Positions 9,406-18,230 of a stretch of 32,000 bases of DNA are shown here, piece by piece. The stretch is from Halomicrobium mukohataei DSM 12286 (GTDB lineage Archaea; Halobacteriota; Halobacteria; Halobacteriales; Haloarculaceae). The notes under the pieces were generated by a model. That model worked only from the letters and a program-made list of their open reading frames with translations. It did not search any database and was not told the origin of the DNA. Numbering within the stretch: position 1 is the stretch's first letter; each line of letters opens with the position of its first letter. The position numbers and the translations under genes are program-made. The stretch spans positions 1,860,001-1,892,000 of the forward strand of contig NC_013202.1 of NCBI RefSeq assembly GCF_000023965.1, written 5' to 3'.

Positions 9406-10770
9406 ATGCTCCGGCGTCGCGTCGTCGCAGTCGTCGCCCTCGCAGTGCTCGCGGTCGGTCGCGCCGCCGCTCACGGCGGCAGTCTGGCCCAGGACATCCG
9501 CGAACCGCTGACGATTCCGACGTGGTTGTTCCTCTCGACCGGCGGGGCGGCGGTCGGCGCTTCGTTCCTGCTCGCCAGCTTCGTCACCGATCGGGCGCTG
9601 ATCGACGCGATTCACGACTGGCGTCGTGCGGTCGCGGTCCCGGCGCGTCGCGCCGCCGTGGCCTCGCTGCGGGTGCTCGGGATCGCTGGCGTCGTCCTCG
9701 TCGTGGTCGTCGGTTACCTCGGACCGACGGATGCGAGTTCGAACGCCGCGATCTTGCTGGTCTGGGTCGGCTGGTGGGCGGGGCTGTCGATGAGCGCGTA
9801 TCTGGTGGGCAACAGCTGGCCCGCACTCAATCCGTGGCGGACGGTCGCCGAACTGGTGCCCTCGCTCGACCTGCGGTATCCCGACCGGCTCGGCACGTGG
9901 CCCAGTGTCTTCGGTCTGCTGGCGCTGGTCTATCTGGAGGTCGTCAGTCCGCTGGCCGAGAACGCGTCGCTGCTCGCGACCACAGTGTTGGCGTACTCCG
10001 CCGTGACGCTCGCTGGCGCAGTTCTCTTCGGGCCGTCGACGTGGTTCGGGCAGGTCGACCCGCCGTCGCGCGTGTTTCGCTACTACGGGCGCGTCGCTCC
10101 CGTCTCGGCCGACGACGACGGGCTGACGCTGCGCCTTCCGGGAACTGCCCTGTCGGAGCGTCGGCTGGTCGACGGCCGCGACGAGGTCGCTTTCGTCCTC
10201 GCTTTGCTGTGGGTGACGACCTTCGACGGGTTCGTCTCGACGCCCGCCTGGCGTGGACTCGCCGGGCCCTTCGTGGGGCTCGGAATTCCGCCGCTGGGCG
10301 TCTATCTGCTCGCCCTCCTGCTGGGCTTCGGGCTGTTCTGGTCTCTGTACCTGCTCGCGGCCCGCCTCTCGCGTTCGACTGCAGAGACCTTCCTGACGCC
10401 CGCTGCGCTGGCCGCGCGATTCGCGCCGCCGTTGCTCGCGATCGTCGCCGGCTACCACTTCGCTCACTACCTCGACTACTTTCTCGGACTCGCTCCCTCA
10501 CTGCTCCAGACGCTGGCCGCGCCGCTGACGGCCCGGAGCACCGTTCTGGTGCTCTCGATACCGGGGTGGTTCGGCGGCGTCTCGATGGCCAGCATCATCG
10601 TCGGCCACCTGCTCGCGATCTGGGTGGCCCACGCGGCGGCCTACGACCTGTTCCCCGGTCGCTTGCAGGCGATCCGCTCGCAGTATCCGTTCATCGCCGT
10701 CATGGTCGTCTACACCATGACGAGCCTCTGGGTCATCTCCCAGCCAGATATTCCACTCCCCTACCTATGA
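9406..10770 (+). CDS. Polytopic integral membrane protein with a cleavable-looking signal peptide; unknown family
   Basis: 454 aa counted from ATG 9406 (an alternative ATG is at 9370). The N-terminus 'MLRRRVVAVVALAVLAVGRAAA|HGGS' is followed by roughly 10 or more hydrophobic helices. The gene is divergent from coxC and overlaps the next gene by ATGA. Confidence 0.6.
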   Translation: MLRRRVVAVVALAVLAVGRAAAHGGSLAQDIREPLTIPTWLFLSTGGAAVGASFLLASFVTDRALIDAIHDWRRAVAVPARRAAVASLRVLGIAGVVLVVVVGYLGPTDASSNAAILLVWVGWWAGLSMSAYLVGNSWPALNPWRTVAELVPSLDLRYPDRLGTWPSVFGLLALVYLEVVSPLAENASLLATTVLAYSAVTLAGAVLFGPSTWFGQVDPPSRVFRYYGRVAPVSADDDGLTLRLPGTALSERRLVDGRDEVAFVLALLWVTTFDGFVSTPAWRGLAGPFVGLGIPPLGVYLLALLLGFGLFWSLYLLAARLSRSTAETFLTPAALAARFAPPLLAIVAGYHFAHYLDYFLGLAPSLLQTLAAPLTARSTVLVLSIPGWFGGVSMASIIVGHLLAIWVAHAAAYDLFPGRLQAIRSQYPFIAVMVVYTMTSLWVISQPDIPLPYL

Positions 10771-11024
10771 ACGAGGACTACCACGTTCCCACGTCAGCCC
10801 CGGTGTACGAGTGTGCGTACTGCGGCCGCCCGTTCGCTCGTGAGCGGTTCCGGGCGCTCCACCGCGGTCTCGAACACGCGAGCGACCTCGACGACGACGA
10901 GGTCGAACAGTTCCGCGACGCCTACAGCGAGGAAGCGGAGTCGATCGGCATGTTCCGACTGAAGGCGCTTGCGGCGCTGGTGCTCGTGTACTTCGGCTTG
11001 CTGATGATCTACGCGACACTGTAG
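10767..11024 (+). CDS. Tail-anchored C2H2-type zinc-finger protein
   Basis: 85 aa. '[24 protein letters not shown]' fits C-x2-C-x12-H-x4-H. An acidic linker follows, then one C-terminal TM helix '[19 protein letters not shown]'. Its ATG at 10767 overlaps the upstream TGA at 10768-10770. Confidence 0.65.
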   Translation: MNEDYHVPTSAPVYECAYCGRPFARERFRALHRGLEHASDLDDDEVEQFRDAYSEEAESIGMFRLKALAALVLVYFGLLMIYATL

Positions 11025-11082
11025 CGGCCGCGGAAAACCTCGAAGCGAAGCTTTCATGCGCGCGAACGGAATACGGACGGGC

Positions 11083-11367
11083 ATGGATCTGCGCGTCATC
11101 GAGAAAGAGGAGACGATGCTCTCGATCGAGATTGCCGGCGAGGACCACACGTTCATGAACGTCCTGAAGGGGGCGCTGCTGGAGACCGACGGCGTCACGG
11201 CGGCGACCTACGACATGAACCCCGAACAGTCCGGCGGCCAGACCGACCCCGTGCTGACGGTCAAGACCGACGTCGACGTGAACGCGCTGGACGCGCTCGA
11301 AGCCGGTGCGGACCGAGTCATGGAGAAAGCCGACGACTTCGAGGCGGCCTTCGACGCCGCGGCCTGA
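11083..11367 (+). CDS. rpoL: DNA-directed RNA polymerase subunit L (Rpo11)
   Basis: 94 aa counted from ATG 11083. '[38 protein letters not shown]' has the 'EDHT..N.L' signature of archaeal RpoL, followed by an acidic C-terminal extension. Confidence 0.8.
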   Translation: MDLRVIEKEETMLSIEIAGEDHTFMNVLKGALLETDGVTAATYDMNPEQSGGQTDPVLTVKTDVDVNALDALEAGADRVMEKADDFEAAFDAAA

Positions 11368-11448
11368 TACGGACGGTTGTAGGCGTTTACCCAGTCGACC
11401 GCACGACGGCGTGCGGTTGATCTGGTAAAGACCTACAACTTTCCGTAT
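11367..11448. repeat. 82-nt long-hairpin repeat element, copy 1
   Basis: By manual alignment, 77 of 82 positions match the copy at 23187-23268. The termini ATACGGA/TCCGTAT are inverted. Internal arms pair as GTTGTAGG/CCTACAAC and TTTACC/GGTAAA, and the core is CCGCACG-ACGG-CGTGCGG. The element lies between the convergent rpoL and 11460 genes. Confidence 0.75.
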
Positions 11449-11459
11449 GACGCGCCTGG

Positions 11460-12281
11460 CTAGCAGACGGCGACGGTGACGAACACGCGGCCGTCCGGTC
11501 CGACGTGTACGTCGACGCCGATCGACTCCTGGGTGGCGGTCAGGGCTTCGTCGTTTCCGTCCCAGCTATCGAGCAGCGCCTCGGCCAGCGACGCGTCGCT
11601 GTCGAACGCGTCGACCGTCGTTTCCGCGGCGATGTACCGTTCCGTGACGGGATCGTCGCAGTAATCGAACACGCTGTTGCGCTCTTCTTGCCTGAGCTGT
11701 CGTCCGTCGCCCGCCACGCTCTGGACGGTGCGCTTGTTGACGTAGGCGGTGTACCACTCCAGATCCGTGTCGTTGGTCAGCGGGCCGACGCCGGCCGCGT
11801 CGCGGCGCTCGTTCAGCTGCTCGACGTAGGCAGCCTCGACGGCCGCGATCGATCGGTCGCCGACGCGGTCGCCCTCGCCGGCCACGTCGTCGGGCACCGG
11901 TGGCCGCCCCATTCCGGGGAGCGTGACGACGCCCGCGTACGCGAGGACGAGTGTGATCCCCAGAACGGCGGCGATGGCGTACCCGGCGACGTACCGCGGT
12001 TCGAGCACGTCGCGATAGGAGGTCCCGCCCAGCTCGTCGAGGTCGTCCCAGTCTGGCTGGCGCTGTTCGAGGTCGACGTTGCCACAGCGCTTGCAGGGCG
12101 GTGAGTTCTTGGTGTGCTGGCGGCCACACTCCGTACAGACCCAGACCGGATCGGTCGTTCCGTCGGTCTCGGCCGTCGGGACCTGTTCGACGGCCCGCTC
12201 GAACGTGTTGTGCCCGCAGTTGTCACACGGCGGATCGTTCTCTTCGTGTGGTTTGCCACACCAGGTACACCGCCACTCCAT
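11460..12281 (-). CDS. Double zinc-ribbon / single TM / CAP(SCP)-like extracellular domain protein, paralog 1
   Basis: 273 aa. It has 'MEWRCTWCGKPHEENDPPCDNCGH' and 'VWVCTECGRQHTKNSPPCKRCGN' (two CxxC...CxxC ribbons) and the TM helix 'YVAGYAIAAVLGITLVLAYAGVV'. The C-terminal domain has CAP/YkwD-like features ('VEQLNERRDAAGVGPL', 'SIGVDVHVGPDGRVFVTVAV'). Confidence 0.7.
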   Translation of the reverse strand: MEWRCTWCGKPHEENDPPCDNCGHNTFERAVEQVPTAETDGTTDPVWVCTECGRQHTKNSPPCKRCGNVDLEQRQPDWDDLDELGGTSYRDVLEPRYVAGYAIAAVLGITLVLAYAGVVTLPGMGRPPVPDDVAGEGDRVGDRSIAAVEAAYVEQLNERRDAAGVGPLTNDTDLEWYTAYVNKRTVQSVAGDGRQLRQEERNSVFDYCDDPVTERYIAAETTVDAFDSDASLAEALLDSWDGNDEALTATQESIGVDVHVGPDGRVFVTVAVC

Positions 12282-12361
12282 TGGCGGCTACTCGGGGACT
12301 CGAACGCAAAAGCGTGCTGGTGGTTCGTCGTGGACGCGGCCGCCTGCTGCTGGCCCGGTGC

Positions 12362-13198
12362 TTAGAACGCGCCCCCGTTACAGACGAAGACGGTCACGAA
12401 GATCCGCTCGTCCGGTGCGACGTGGATGTCGACACCGATCGAGTCGTATCGCTCTTCGAGCAACTCGTTTGGGTCCCCCAAAGTGAATATCTGGAGTCCC
12501 CGAGCGACAGCAGATTCGTTCTGCACGTCGAAGTTCTCGACCGTTTCCGACGATGTCGCGTGGGGTGCGAACGTAATCTCCGAGTTGCAGTTCGGATCGT
12601 GTTGATTGACGGCGTCACGTGGTGTCGGGTCGTCGGCGTCACCGTACTCAGAGCGAACCCATTGTTTGTTGTACGCCGCTGCGGCGTCGTCCAGTGCCGC
12701 ACCGCTGCTGACTGCTGATGCGTCTTCGGCTGTCCGACGGTCGTTGAGTTCCTCGACGTACGCGTCTTCGACGCTATCGAGCGAGAGGTTGCCGTAGCTT
12801 TCGGCGTGGCCTGGTGCGTCCGGCGATCCGACGAACGGAACGGTAATCAGTCCCGTCACACCCAGAGCGAGCGAGCCAACGAGGACGGCGACGAGGAGGT
12901 AGCCGGCAGCGTACTTCGGCTCCAGTACGTCCACGAAGCTCGTCCCGCCCAGGTCGTCGAGTTCGTCGTACTGCGGTTGGCGTTTCTCCAGTTGGGCGTT
13001 CCCGCAGCGACTGCACGGCGGTGAGTGCTTCTGGTGCTCGCGATCACACTCGGTACAGGCCCAGACCGGGCCGTGATCCTGGCCGTCGCTCTCGTTGAGT
13101 TGTTCGATCGCGCGCTCGAACTTGTGGTGGCCACACTCGTCACACGGTGGATCGTCCGCGTCGTGAGGCTTCCCACACCAGGTACACCGCCACTCCAT
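12362..13198 (-). CDS. Double zinc-ribbon / single TM / CAP(SCP)-like extracellular domain protein, paralog 2
   Basis: 278 aa counted from ATG 13198, trimmed from the 12362..13426 ORF. The N-terminus 'MEWRCTWCGKPHDADDPPCDECGH' is nearly identical to paralog 1, and the architecture is the same. An A6/T6 tract at 13224-13229 lies 26-31 nt upstream of the start. Confidence 0.7.
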   Translation of the reverse strand: MEWRCTWCGKPHDADDPPCDECGHHKFERAIEQLNESDGQDHGPVWACTECDREHQKHSPPCSRCGNAQLEKRQPQYDELDDLGGTSFVDVLEPKYAAGYLLVAVLVGSLALGVTGLITVPFVGSPDAPGHAESYGNLSLDSVEDAYVEELNDRRTAEDASAVSSGAALDDAAAAYNKQWVRSEYGDADDPTPRDAVNQHDPNCNSEITFAPHATSSETVENFDVQNESAVARGLQIFTLGDPNELLEERYDSIGVDIHVAPDERIFVTVFVCNGGAF

Positions 13199-13280
13199 TA
13201 TCATTACGAACCAAGTAGCCAACAAAAAATGTGTCGAACCTCGCCACGAAACGGAGTGGTCGTCGAGAATCGCTGGAACG

Positions 13281-14096
13281 CTACAGACGCACCGGAACGC
13301 CCATCTCGTCGAGGCGCTGCTTGGTCTCTGCGATGGAGTACTCGTCGAAGTGGAAGATCGAGGCCGCGAGCCCGGCGTCGGCACCGGCCTCCTCGAAGAC
13401 CTCGTACATGTCTTCGGGACTGCCACAGCCAGAGGAGGCGATCACGGGCGTGGAGACGGCGTCACAGACGGCGCTGGTCAGCGGGATGTCGTAGCCGTCC
13501 TTGGTGCCGTCGGCGTCGATCGAGTTGACGAACAGCTCGCCCGCGCCGCGCTGCTCGGCCTCGATGGCCCACTCGACCACGTCGAGGCCGGTTCCTTCGC
13601 GGCCGCCCTTGACGGTACACTCGAACCAGCAGGACTCGCCGTCGACGTCCGCGTAGTGTTCGCCTTGCTCGTCGAACCGTCGCCGCGCGTCGACCGAGAT
13701 GACGATACACTGGCTGCCAAACGCCGCCGCCCCTTCCCCGATCAGTTCCGGTCGCGCGATCGCACCGGAGTTGATCGAGACCTTGTCCGCGCCGGCCCGC
13801 AGCGTCTCTTTGATGTCTTCGCGGGTGCGAATTCCGCCGCCGACCGTCAGGGGGATGAACACCTCGTCTGCGACCTGCGAGACGGTGTCGAGCATCGTCT
13901 CACGGCCCTCTGCGCTGGCAGTGATATCGAGAAAGACGAACTCGTCGGCTCCGGACTCGTTGTACTTCTTGGCCATCTCGACGGGGTCGCCGGTGTAGGC
14001 CAGGTCCTCGAAGTTGACGCCGGTGTAGACGGCGGCGTCGCCGTCCTCGTCTAAGTCCACGTCGATACAGGGGATGATCCGCTTCGTGAGAGTCAT
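13281..14096 (-). CDS. hisF: Imidazole glycerol phosphate synthase, cyclase subunit
   Basis: 271 aa. The motifs '[10 protein letters not shown]', '[11 protein letters not shown]', 'PLTVGGGIR', 'ADKVSINS' and '[15 protein letters not shown]' are canonical for HisF. Confidence 0.9.
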   Translation of the reverse strand: MTLTKRIIPCIDVDLDEDGDAAVYTGVNFEDLAYTGDPVEMAKKYNESGADEFVFLDITASAEGRETMLDTVSQVADEVFIPLTVGGGIRTREDIKETLRAGADKVSINSGAIARPELIGEGAAAFGSQCIVISVDARRRFDEQGEHYADVDGESCWFECTVKGGREGTGLDVVEWAIEAEQRGAGELFVNSIDADGTKDGYDIPLTSAVCDAVSTPVIASSGCGSPEDMYEVFEEAGADAGLAASIFHFDEYSIAETKQRLDEMGVPVRL

Positions 14097-14199
14097 TTAC
14101 TACCCGTCCGTTCGTCGCTCCGGGCTTTGTCGGTTTCGGCTAGCGCATCCGGGACGAGATTCCGACAGGAATAGGTACCACCGCGGGGAACGACCGGAC

Positions 14200-14400
14200 A
14201 TGAGCGACGACCACGGGCACGACGAGGACCGTCCCGACTACGACCCAGAGCACGTCGAACTGCCAGCGCGCGAGCCGCCGCTGCGCGAGACCGCACCCCA
14301 GAGTGAGTTCACGACCGGACAGGTCGGTCGCGGGGCCGCCGTCGCCGCCGTCGGCCTGCTGCTGACGTTCGGGCTGGCGCTGGCGCTGGTGCCGATCTGA
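14200..14400 (+). CDS. Small membrane protein (66 aa): acidic N-terminus plus one C-terminal TM helix
   Basis: ATG 14200 lies within the 14074 ORF. The sequence is 'MSDDHGHDEDRPDYDPEHVE...' followed by 'GAAVAAVGLLLTFGLALALVPI'. The support is codon and composition plausibility only. Confidence 0.4.
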   Translation: MSDDHGHDEDRPDYDPEHVELPAREPPLRETAPQSEFTTGQVGRGAAVAAVGLLLTFGLALALVPI

Positions 14401-14441
14401 TCGGTCGCTATCCGTCCGTCGAACCGCCCGAAAACCGCGTT

Positions 14442-16637
14442 CTACTCCAGTTCGTTCGTGATCGTCGAGCGCAGTCCGGCGATCTCGTCGGCGTTGTAGG
14501 CCAGCGACTGACCGTTGACTGTCAGGTCAAGTGCGCCCGACTCGTCGGCCGATCCGAGATCGTAGACGGGCGCGACGCCGTCGAAGGCCTCGCGCACCGC
14601 TCGGGCGTCCGCCGTCTCGATCACCACGCGGCCCGGCTGCTCGCCAAAGAGCAGTTCGGCCACACTGCCCTTGTTCGGTGCGTCGATCTCGACGCTCGCG
14701 CCGCCATCTTCGTGGACCATCTCCGCCAGTCCGACGGCGAGGCCGCCGTGGCACAGGTCGTGGGTCGCGAGCGTCGCGTCCTCGTTGGCCACGTCGGCGA
14801 GCGTCTCGATGAAGGCGTCGGGGGTGTCCAGCAGCGTCGGGAACCGATCCGTGCCGCCGAACTGCGTGAGGTACTCCGAGCCGCCGAGTCGCGGTTCGGC
14901 GTCGCCTTCGAGCGCGCGAGCACCGACGAGGAGGAGTTCGCCCTCGCCCGACAGCGACATCGGGGGTGCCTCGTAGCCGTCCTTGGTGCCGACCGCTGCC
15001 AGCGTCGGCGTCGGCGGGATCGGGCCGGCCACCGAGTCGTTGTACAGCGAGACGTTGCCACCGACGACGGGGATGTCGAGCGTCGAGCACATGTCGGCGA
15101 GCCCGTCGACGATCCCCTTGAACGCGCCGTACACGTCGGGCTTCTCGGGGTTGCCGCCGTTGAGACAGTCGACCGCCGCCAGCGGCGTCGTCCCCTTGGC
15201 GGCGAGGTTGGTGGCGTTCTCCAGCGCGACGGCGCGTGCGCCCTCGTAGGGTGCCGTGTCAGTCCAGTTGGGGTCTGCACCGGCCGTGTAGGCCAGCCCG
15301 ACTCCGGTCTCACCGTCGTCGCCTGCCTGTCCCGCCGCCGCGCCGGCTTCGCGGACGGCAAGTACCGCCGCGTCGTCGCCCGGCGGAGTCGCCGTCCGGA
15401 CCTGCACCTCGTGGTCGTACTGGCGGTACACCCAGCGCTTCGAGGCGGTGTTGGGGCTGGCGACGACCGACTCGAACGCGTCGTCGAGGGCGACGCCGTC
15501 TGGGAGATCGCGCTCTGGCTGTGTCGGCTCCTCGAACGGGAGGTCGTTGAACGGCGCGCCCTCGCCGAGGAACTCGGCGTCGCAGTCGACGACCGTCTCG
15601 CCCTCGAACGTACAGACGTAGTCGCCCGTGTCGGTGACCTCGCCGATGACGGAGGCACCGAGGTCGAAACGGTCCGCGATCTCTCGCACGCGGTCGACGT
15701 TCTCGGGCGCGACCTCGTAGCACATCCGCTCCTGGCTCTCGGCGAGCAGGTACTCCATGGCGTTCATGTTTGGCTCGCGCTCGTGGACTTCGGTGAGCTC
15801 GATCTCCGCACCCAGGCCGCCCTTGGCGACCAGTTCGGAGCTCGCACCGCCGAGGCCGGCCGCGCCGAGATCGCGGGCCGACTCGATCAGCCCCTCGTCG
15901 ATGAGCTGTTCGTTGGCCTCGATCAGCAGCTTCTCGGTGTACGGGTCGCCGACCTGAACGGCCGGGCGATCCTCGGTCTCGGCGTCCTCCGCGAGGTCCT
16001 CGCTGGCGAAGGAGGCCCCGCCGAGACCGTCTCGTCCGGTGGAGTTGCCCACCAGGACGAGCTTGTTGCCCGGCTGCTGTGCGACCGCAGTGATCATCCG
16101 TTCTTCGTCGACTAGACCGATACAGGAGACGTTGACGAGCGGGTTGCCCTCGTAGTCCTCGTGGAAGGCCGCGCTCCCGGTGACGGTCGGGACGCCGATA
16201 CAGTTGCCGTAGTGGCTGATCCCCTCGACGACGCCTTCGAGCAGGTATCGCGAGTGCTCGCGGTCGAAGTCGCCGAAGTACAGCGAGTCCGCCAGCGCGA
16301 TGGGGTAGGCACCCATCGATAGCGTGTCCCGCACGATCCCGCCGACGCCGGTCGCTGCACCGTCGAACGGGTCGACGTAGGATGGGTGGTTGTGGCTCTC
16401 GATCCCCATCGTGATGTACGTGCCGTCGCTGTCGGGCAGTTCCACGACGGCGGCGTCGTCGCCCGGACCGACGACGACCTGATCGCCCTCGGAGTCGAAC
16501 GCGCCCAGCAGCGGTCGCGACGATCGGTACGCACAGTGCTCGCTCCAGAGGTTCTCGAAGAGGGCCGCCTCGGCCTGGGTCGGTTCTCGGCCGAGCTCCT
16601 CGACCACGAGATCGTGGTCAGCATCGGAGAGACTCAT
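14442..16637 (-). CDS. purL: Phosphoribosylformylglycinamidine synthase subunit PurL
   Basis: 731 aa. The motifs 'EHCAYRSS', '[27 protein letters not shown]' and '[13 protein letters not shown]' are canonical for PurL (FGAM synthase II). Confidence 0.9.
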   Translation of the reverse strand: MSLSDADHDLVVEELGREPTQAEAALFENLWSEHCAYRSSRPLLGAFDSEGDQVVVGPGDDAAVVELPDSDGTYITMGIESHNHPSYVDPFDGAATGVGGIVRDTLSMGAYPIALADSLYFGDFDREHSRYLLEGVVEGISHYGNCIGVPTVTGSAAFHEDYEGNPLVNVSCIGLVDEERMITAVAQQPGNKLVLVGNSTGRDGLGGASFASEDLAEDAETEDRPAVQVGDPYTEKLLIEANEQLIDEGLIESARDLGAAGLGGASSELVAKGGLGAEIELTEVHEREPNMNAMEYLLAESQERMCYEVAPENVDRVREIADRFDLGASVIGEVTDTGDYVCTFEGETVVDCDAEFLGEGAPFNDLPFEEPTQPERDLPDGVALDDAFESVVASPNTASKRWVYRQYDHEVQVRTATPPGDDAAVLAVREAGAAAGQAGDDGETGVGLAYTAGADPNWTDTAPYEGARAVALENATNLAAKGTTPLAAVDCLNGGNPEKPDVYGAFKGIVDGLADMCSTLDIPVVGGNVSLYNDSVAGPIPPTPTLAAVGTKDGYEAPPMSLSGEGELLLVGARALEGDAEPRLGGSEYLTQFGGTDRFPTLLDTPDAFIETLADVANEDATLATHDLCHGGLAVGLAEMVHEDGGASVEIDAPNKGSVAELLFGEQPGRVVIETADARAVREAFDGVAPVYDLGSADESGALDLTVNGQSLAYNADEIAGLRSTITNELE

Positions 16638-16800
16638 TACCTCCCCGTGGCTTCCGGCCGGCTAAATCGCTTTCCATGCGCGCCCGACGCGTCGCAATCC
16701 GTCGACGAATACCGCCGGTCCCTGCATACTCAGGGGGTTTTTCATCTGGTGGGAATCCCCGTGGCGGGCTATAAGGGAGTACTACCTACGACGAAGTGTA

Positions 16801-17961
16801 ATGACTGATCCCATCGGAGCCCCTGGAACGAGTATGAGTCGCCGAGAGTTCGTCGCCGCAACGGGCCTGAGCGGTTCGCTGGCACTCGCCGGCTGTCAGG
16901 CCCCCACGTCGTCCTCGAAGGTCTCGACGACGAGCGAGACGGCGACGGAGACCTCGATGGCGAGTCAGTCCGAGTCGCTGCCGACGACGTCGCCGCCGGA
17001 GATCGTCAACGTCGACGAGCAGGGCGGCGAGGTCACGATTTCGACCGTCGCCTCGAAGCACATGGTCCACCCCGAGGAGACGATGGGCGGCCCGGTCGAA
17101 CTGCCGAAGGTGTGGGCGTTCCAGGCCGACGACGGCGAGCCCAGCGTCCCCGGTCCGATCCTCCGGACGACCGAAGGCGAGGACATGGAGGTGACGCTCG
17201 ACAACACCGACGCCAACATGCCCCACACGCTGCACTTCCACGGCGTCCGCAAGACCTGGGAGAACGACGGCGTGCCGACGACGACGGGCATCACGGTCAA
17301 TCCCGGCGAGAAGCACACCTACGAGATTCCGGCCAACGTCCCCGGGACGCACCTCTATCACTGCCACTACCAGACCCAGCGTCACATCGACATGGGGATG
17401 TACGGCATCTTCCGCGTCGACCCGAAGGGGTACGAGGAGGCCGACCAGGAGCTGTTCATGACGCTGAAAGACTGGGACTCCACCCTGAACAAGCAGATGG
17501 CCGGCATGGACGCCACCTACAGCCCGCGGGACCGCGACCCCGACGTGTTCACGATCAACGGCAAGAGCGCGCCCCGGACGCTCCATCCCGAAGACGGCTC
17601 GCCGGTCATCGTCTCGCAGGGCGACACGGTCCGCATCCATCTCACCAACAACGGGTACATGAGCCACCCGATGCACACGCACAACCACCGCTTCCGCGTG
17701 GTCGAGAAAGACGGCTCGAAGGTCCCCGAGGCAGCGCAGTACGAGCAGGACATCGTCAACGTCGCTCCCGCGGAGCGAAAGGCCATCGAGTTCGACGCCG
17801 ACGCCGACCCCGGCATCTACCTCATGCACTGCCACAAGGTCAGCCACGCGATGAACGGCAACACCTACCCCGGCGGGATGGTCGGCGGCATCGTCTACGA
17901 GGAGGCGATGGACTCGGATATCTTCGCCGAACTGATGGACTACGCCGGCTACGAAGGCTAA
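16801..17961 (+). CDS. Tat-lipoprotein two-domain multicopper oxidase
   Basis: 386 aa. 'SRREFVAATGLSGSLALAGC' combines a twin-arginine motif with a lipobox. The copper motifs are 'HTLHFHG', 'HLYHCHYQTQRHIDMGMYG', 'HPMHTHNH' and 'LMHCHKVSHAMNG'. A TATA-like 'CTATAAG' at 16769-16775, about 29 nt upstream, supports ATG 16801. Confidence 0.75.
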   Translation: MTDPIGAPGTSMSRREFVAATGLSGSLALAGCQAPTSSSKVSTTSETATETSMASQSESLPTTSPPEIVNVDEQGGEVTISTVASKHMVHPEETMGGPVELPKVWAFQADDGEPSVPGPILRTTEGEDMEVTLDNTDANMPHTLHFHGVRKTWENDGVPTTTGITVNPGEKHTYEIPANVPGTHLYHCHYQTQRHIDMGMYGIFRVDPKGYEEADQELFMTLKDWDSTLNKQMAGMDATYSPRDRDPDVFTINGKSAPRTLHPEDGSPVIVSQGDTVRIHLTNNGYMSHPMHTHNHRFRVVEKDGSKVPEAAQYEQDIVNVAPAERKAIEFDADADPGIYLMHCHKVSHAMNGNTYPGGMVGGIVYEEAMDSDIFAELMDYAGYEG

Positions 17962-18230
17962 TCGCCGGCTGCGACGGGCATCACGCGGATTCCAGCCTCG
18001 TACTGTCGGCTGTCACGTCGTGAGGATATTTACCACTCTGGAGTGGCGCAATCTTTCACAGATGGACAGTCGGTCGTCTCAGTTCGGACGCCCACGAACC
18101 GTCGACCCCTTTCCCGTTCTATCGGTCTCGTCGTCGTAGGTTCGTATCAGAAGGTGGTGCCGGCGCGCACACTTTCGCACTCTGAAGTCGTGCGATGTGG
18201 ACTATATTTATGGGGCACAACGCTTTGGGT

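Noticed and set aside
9286-10467. Upstream extension of the coxC ORF (the 684-aa minus-strand reading frame).
   Set aside because: The upstream 390 aa are extremely Arg/Glu/Gln/Pro-rich and antisense to the membrane-protein gene at 9406-10770. Cox3 homology begins at 'MTVAEDTSEEHG'.
16801-17961. Possibility that the multicopper protein is the copper nitrite reductase NirK, given the denitrification-type context.
   Set aside because: The NirK catalytic 'H-N-x-D-F-H' Asp is absent ('HTLHFH' is present instead). A second H-C-H plus HxxHxH set in the C-terminal domain indicates a trinuclear-cluster multicopper oxidase rather than a T1/T2 nitrite reductase.
17962-18230. 270-nt gene-free gap with a TATA-like 'GATATTTACC' (about 18024-18033), a possible 25-codon ORF from ATG 18061, and the 155-aa ORF at 18043..18510.
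   Set aside because: The 155-aa ORF is basic and overlaps the DUF4097 gene out of frame. The 25-codon ORF has no supporting features. A small RNA cannot be excluded, but nothing in the sequence supports one beyond the AT-rich box.
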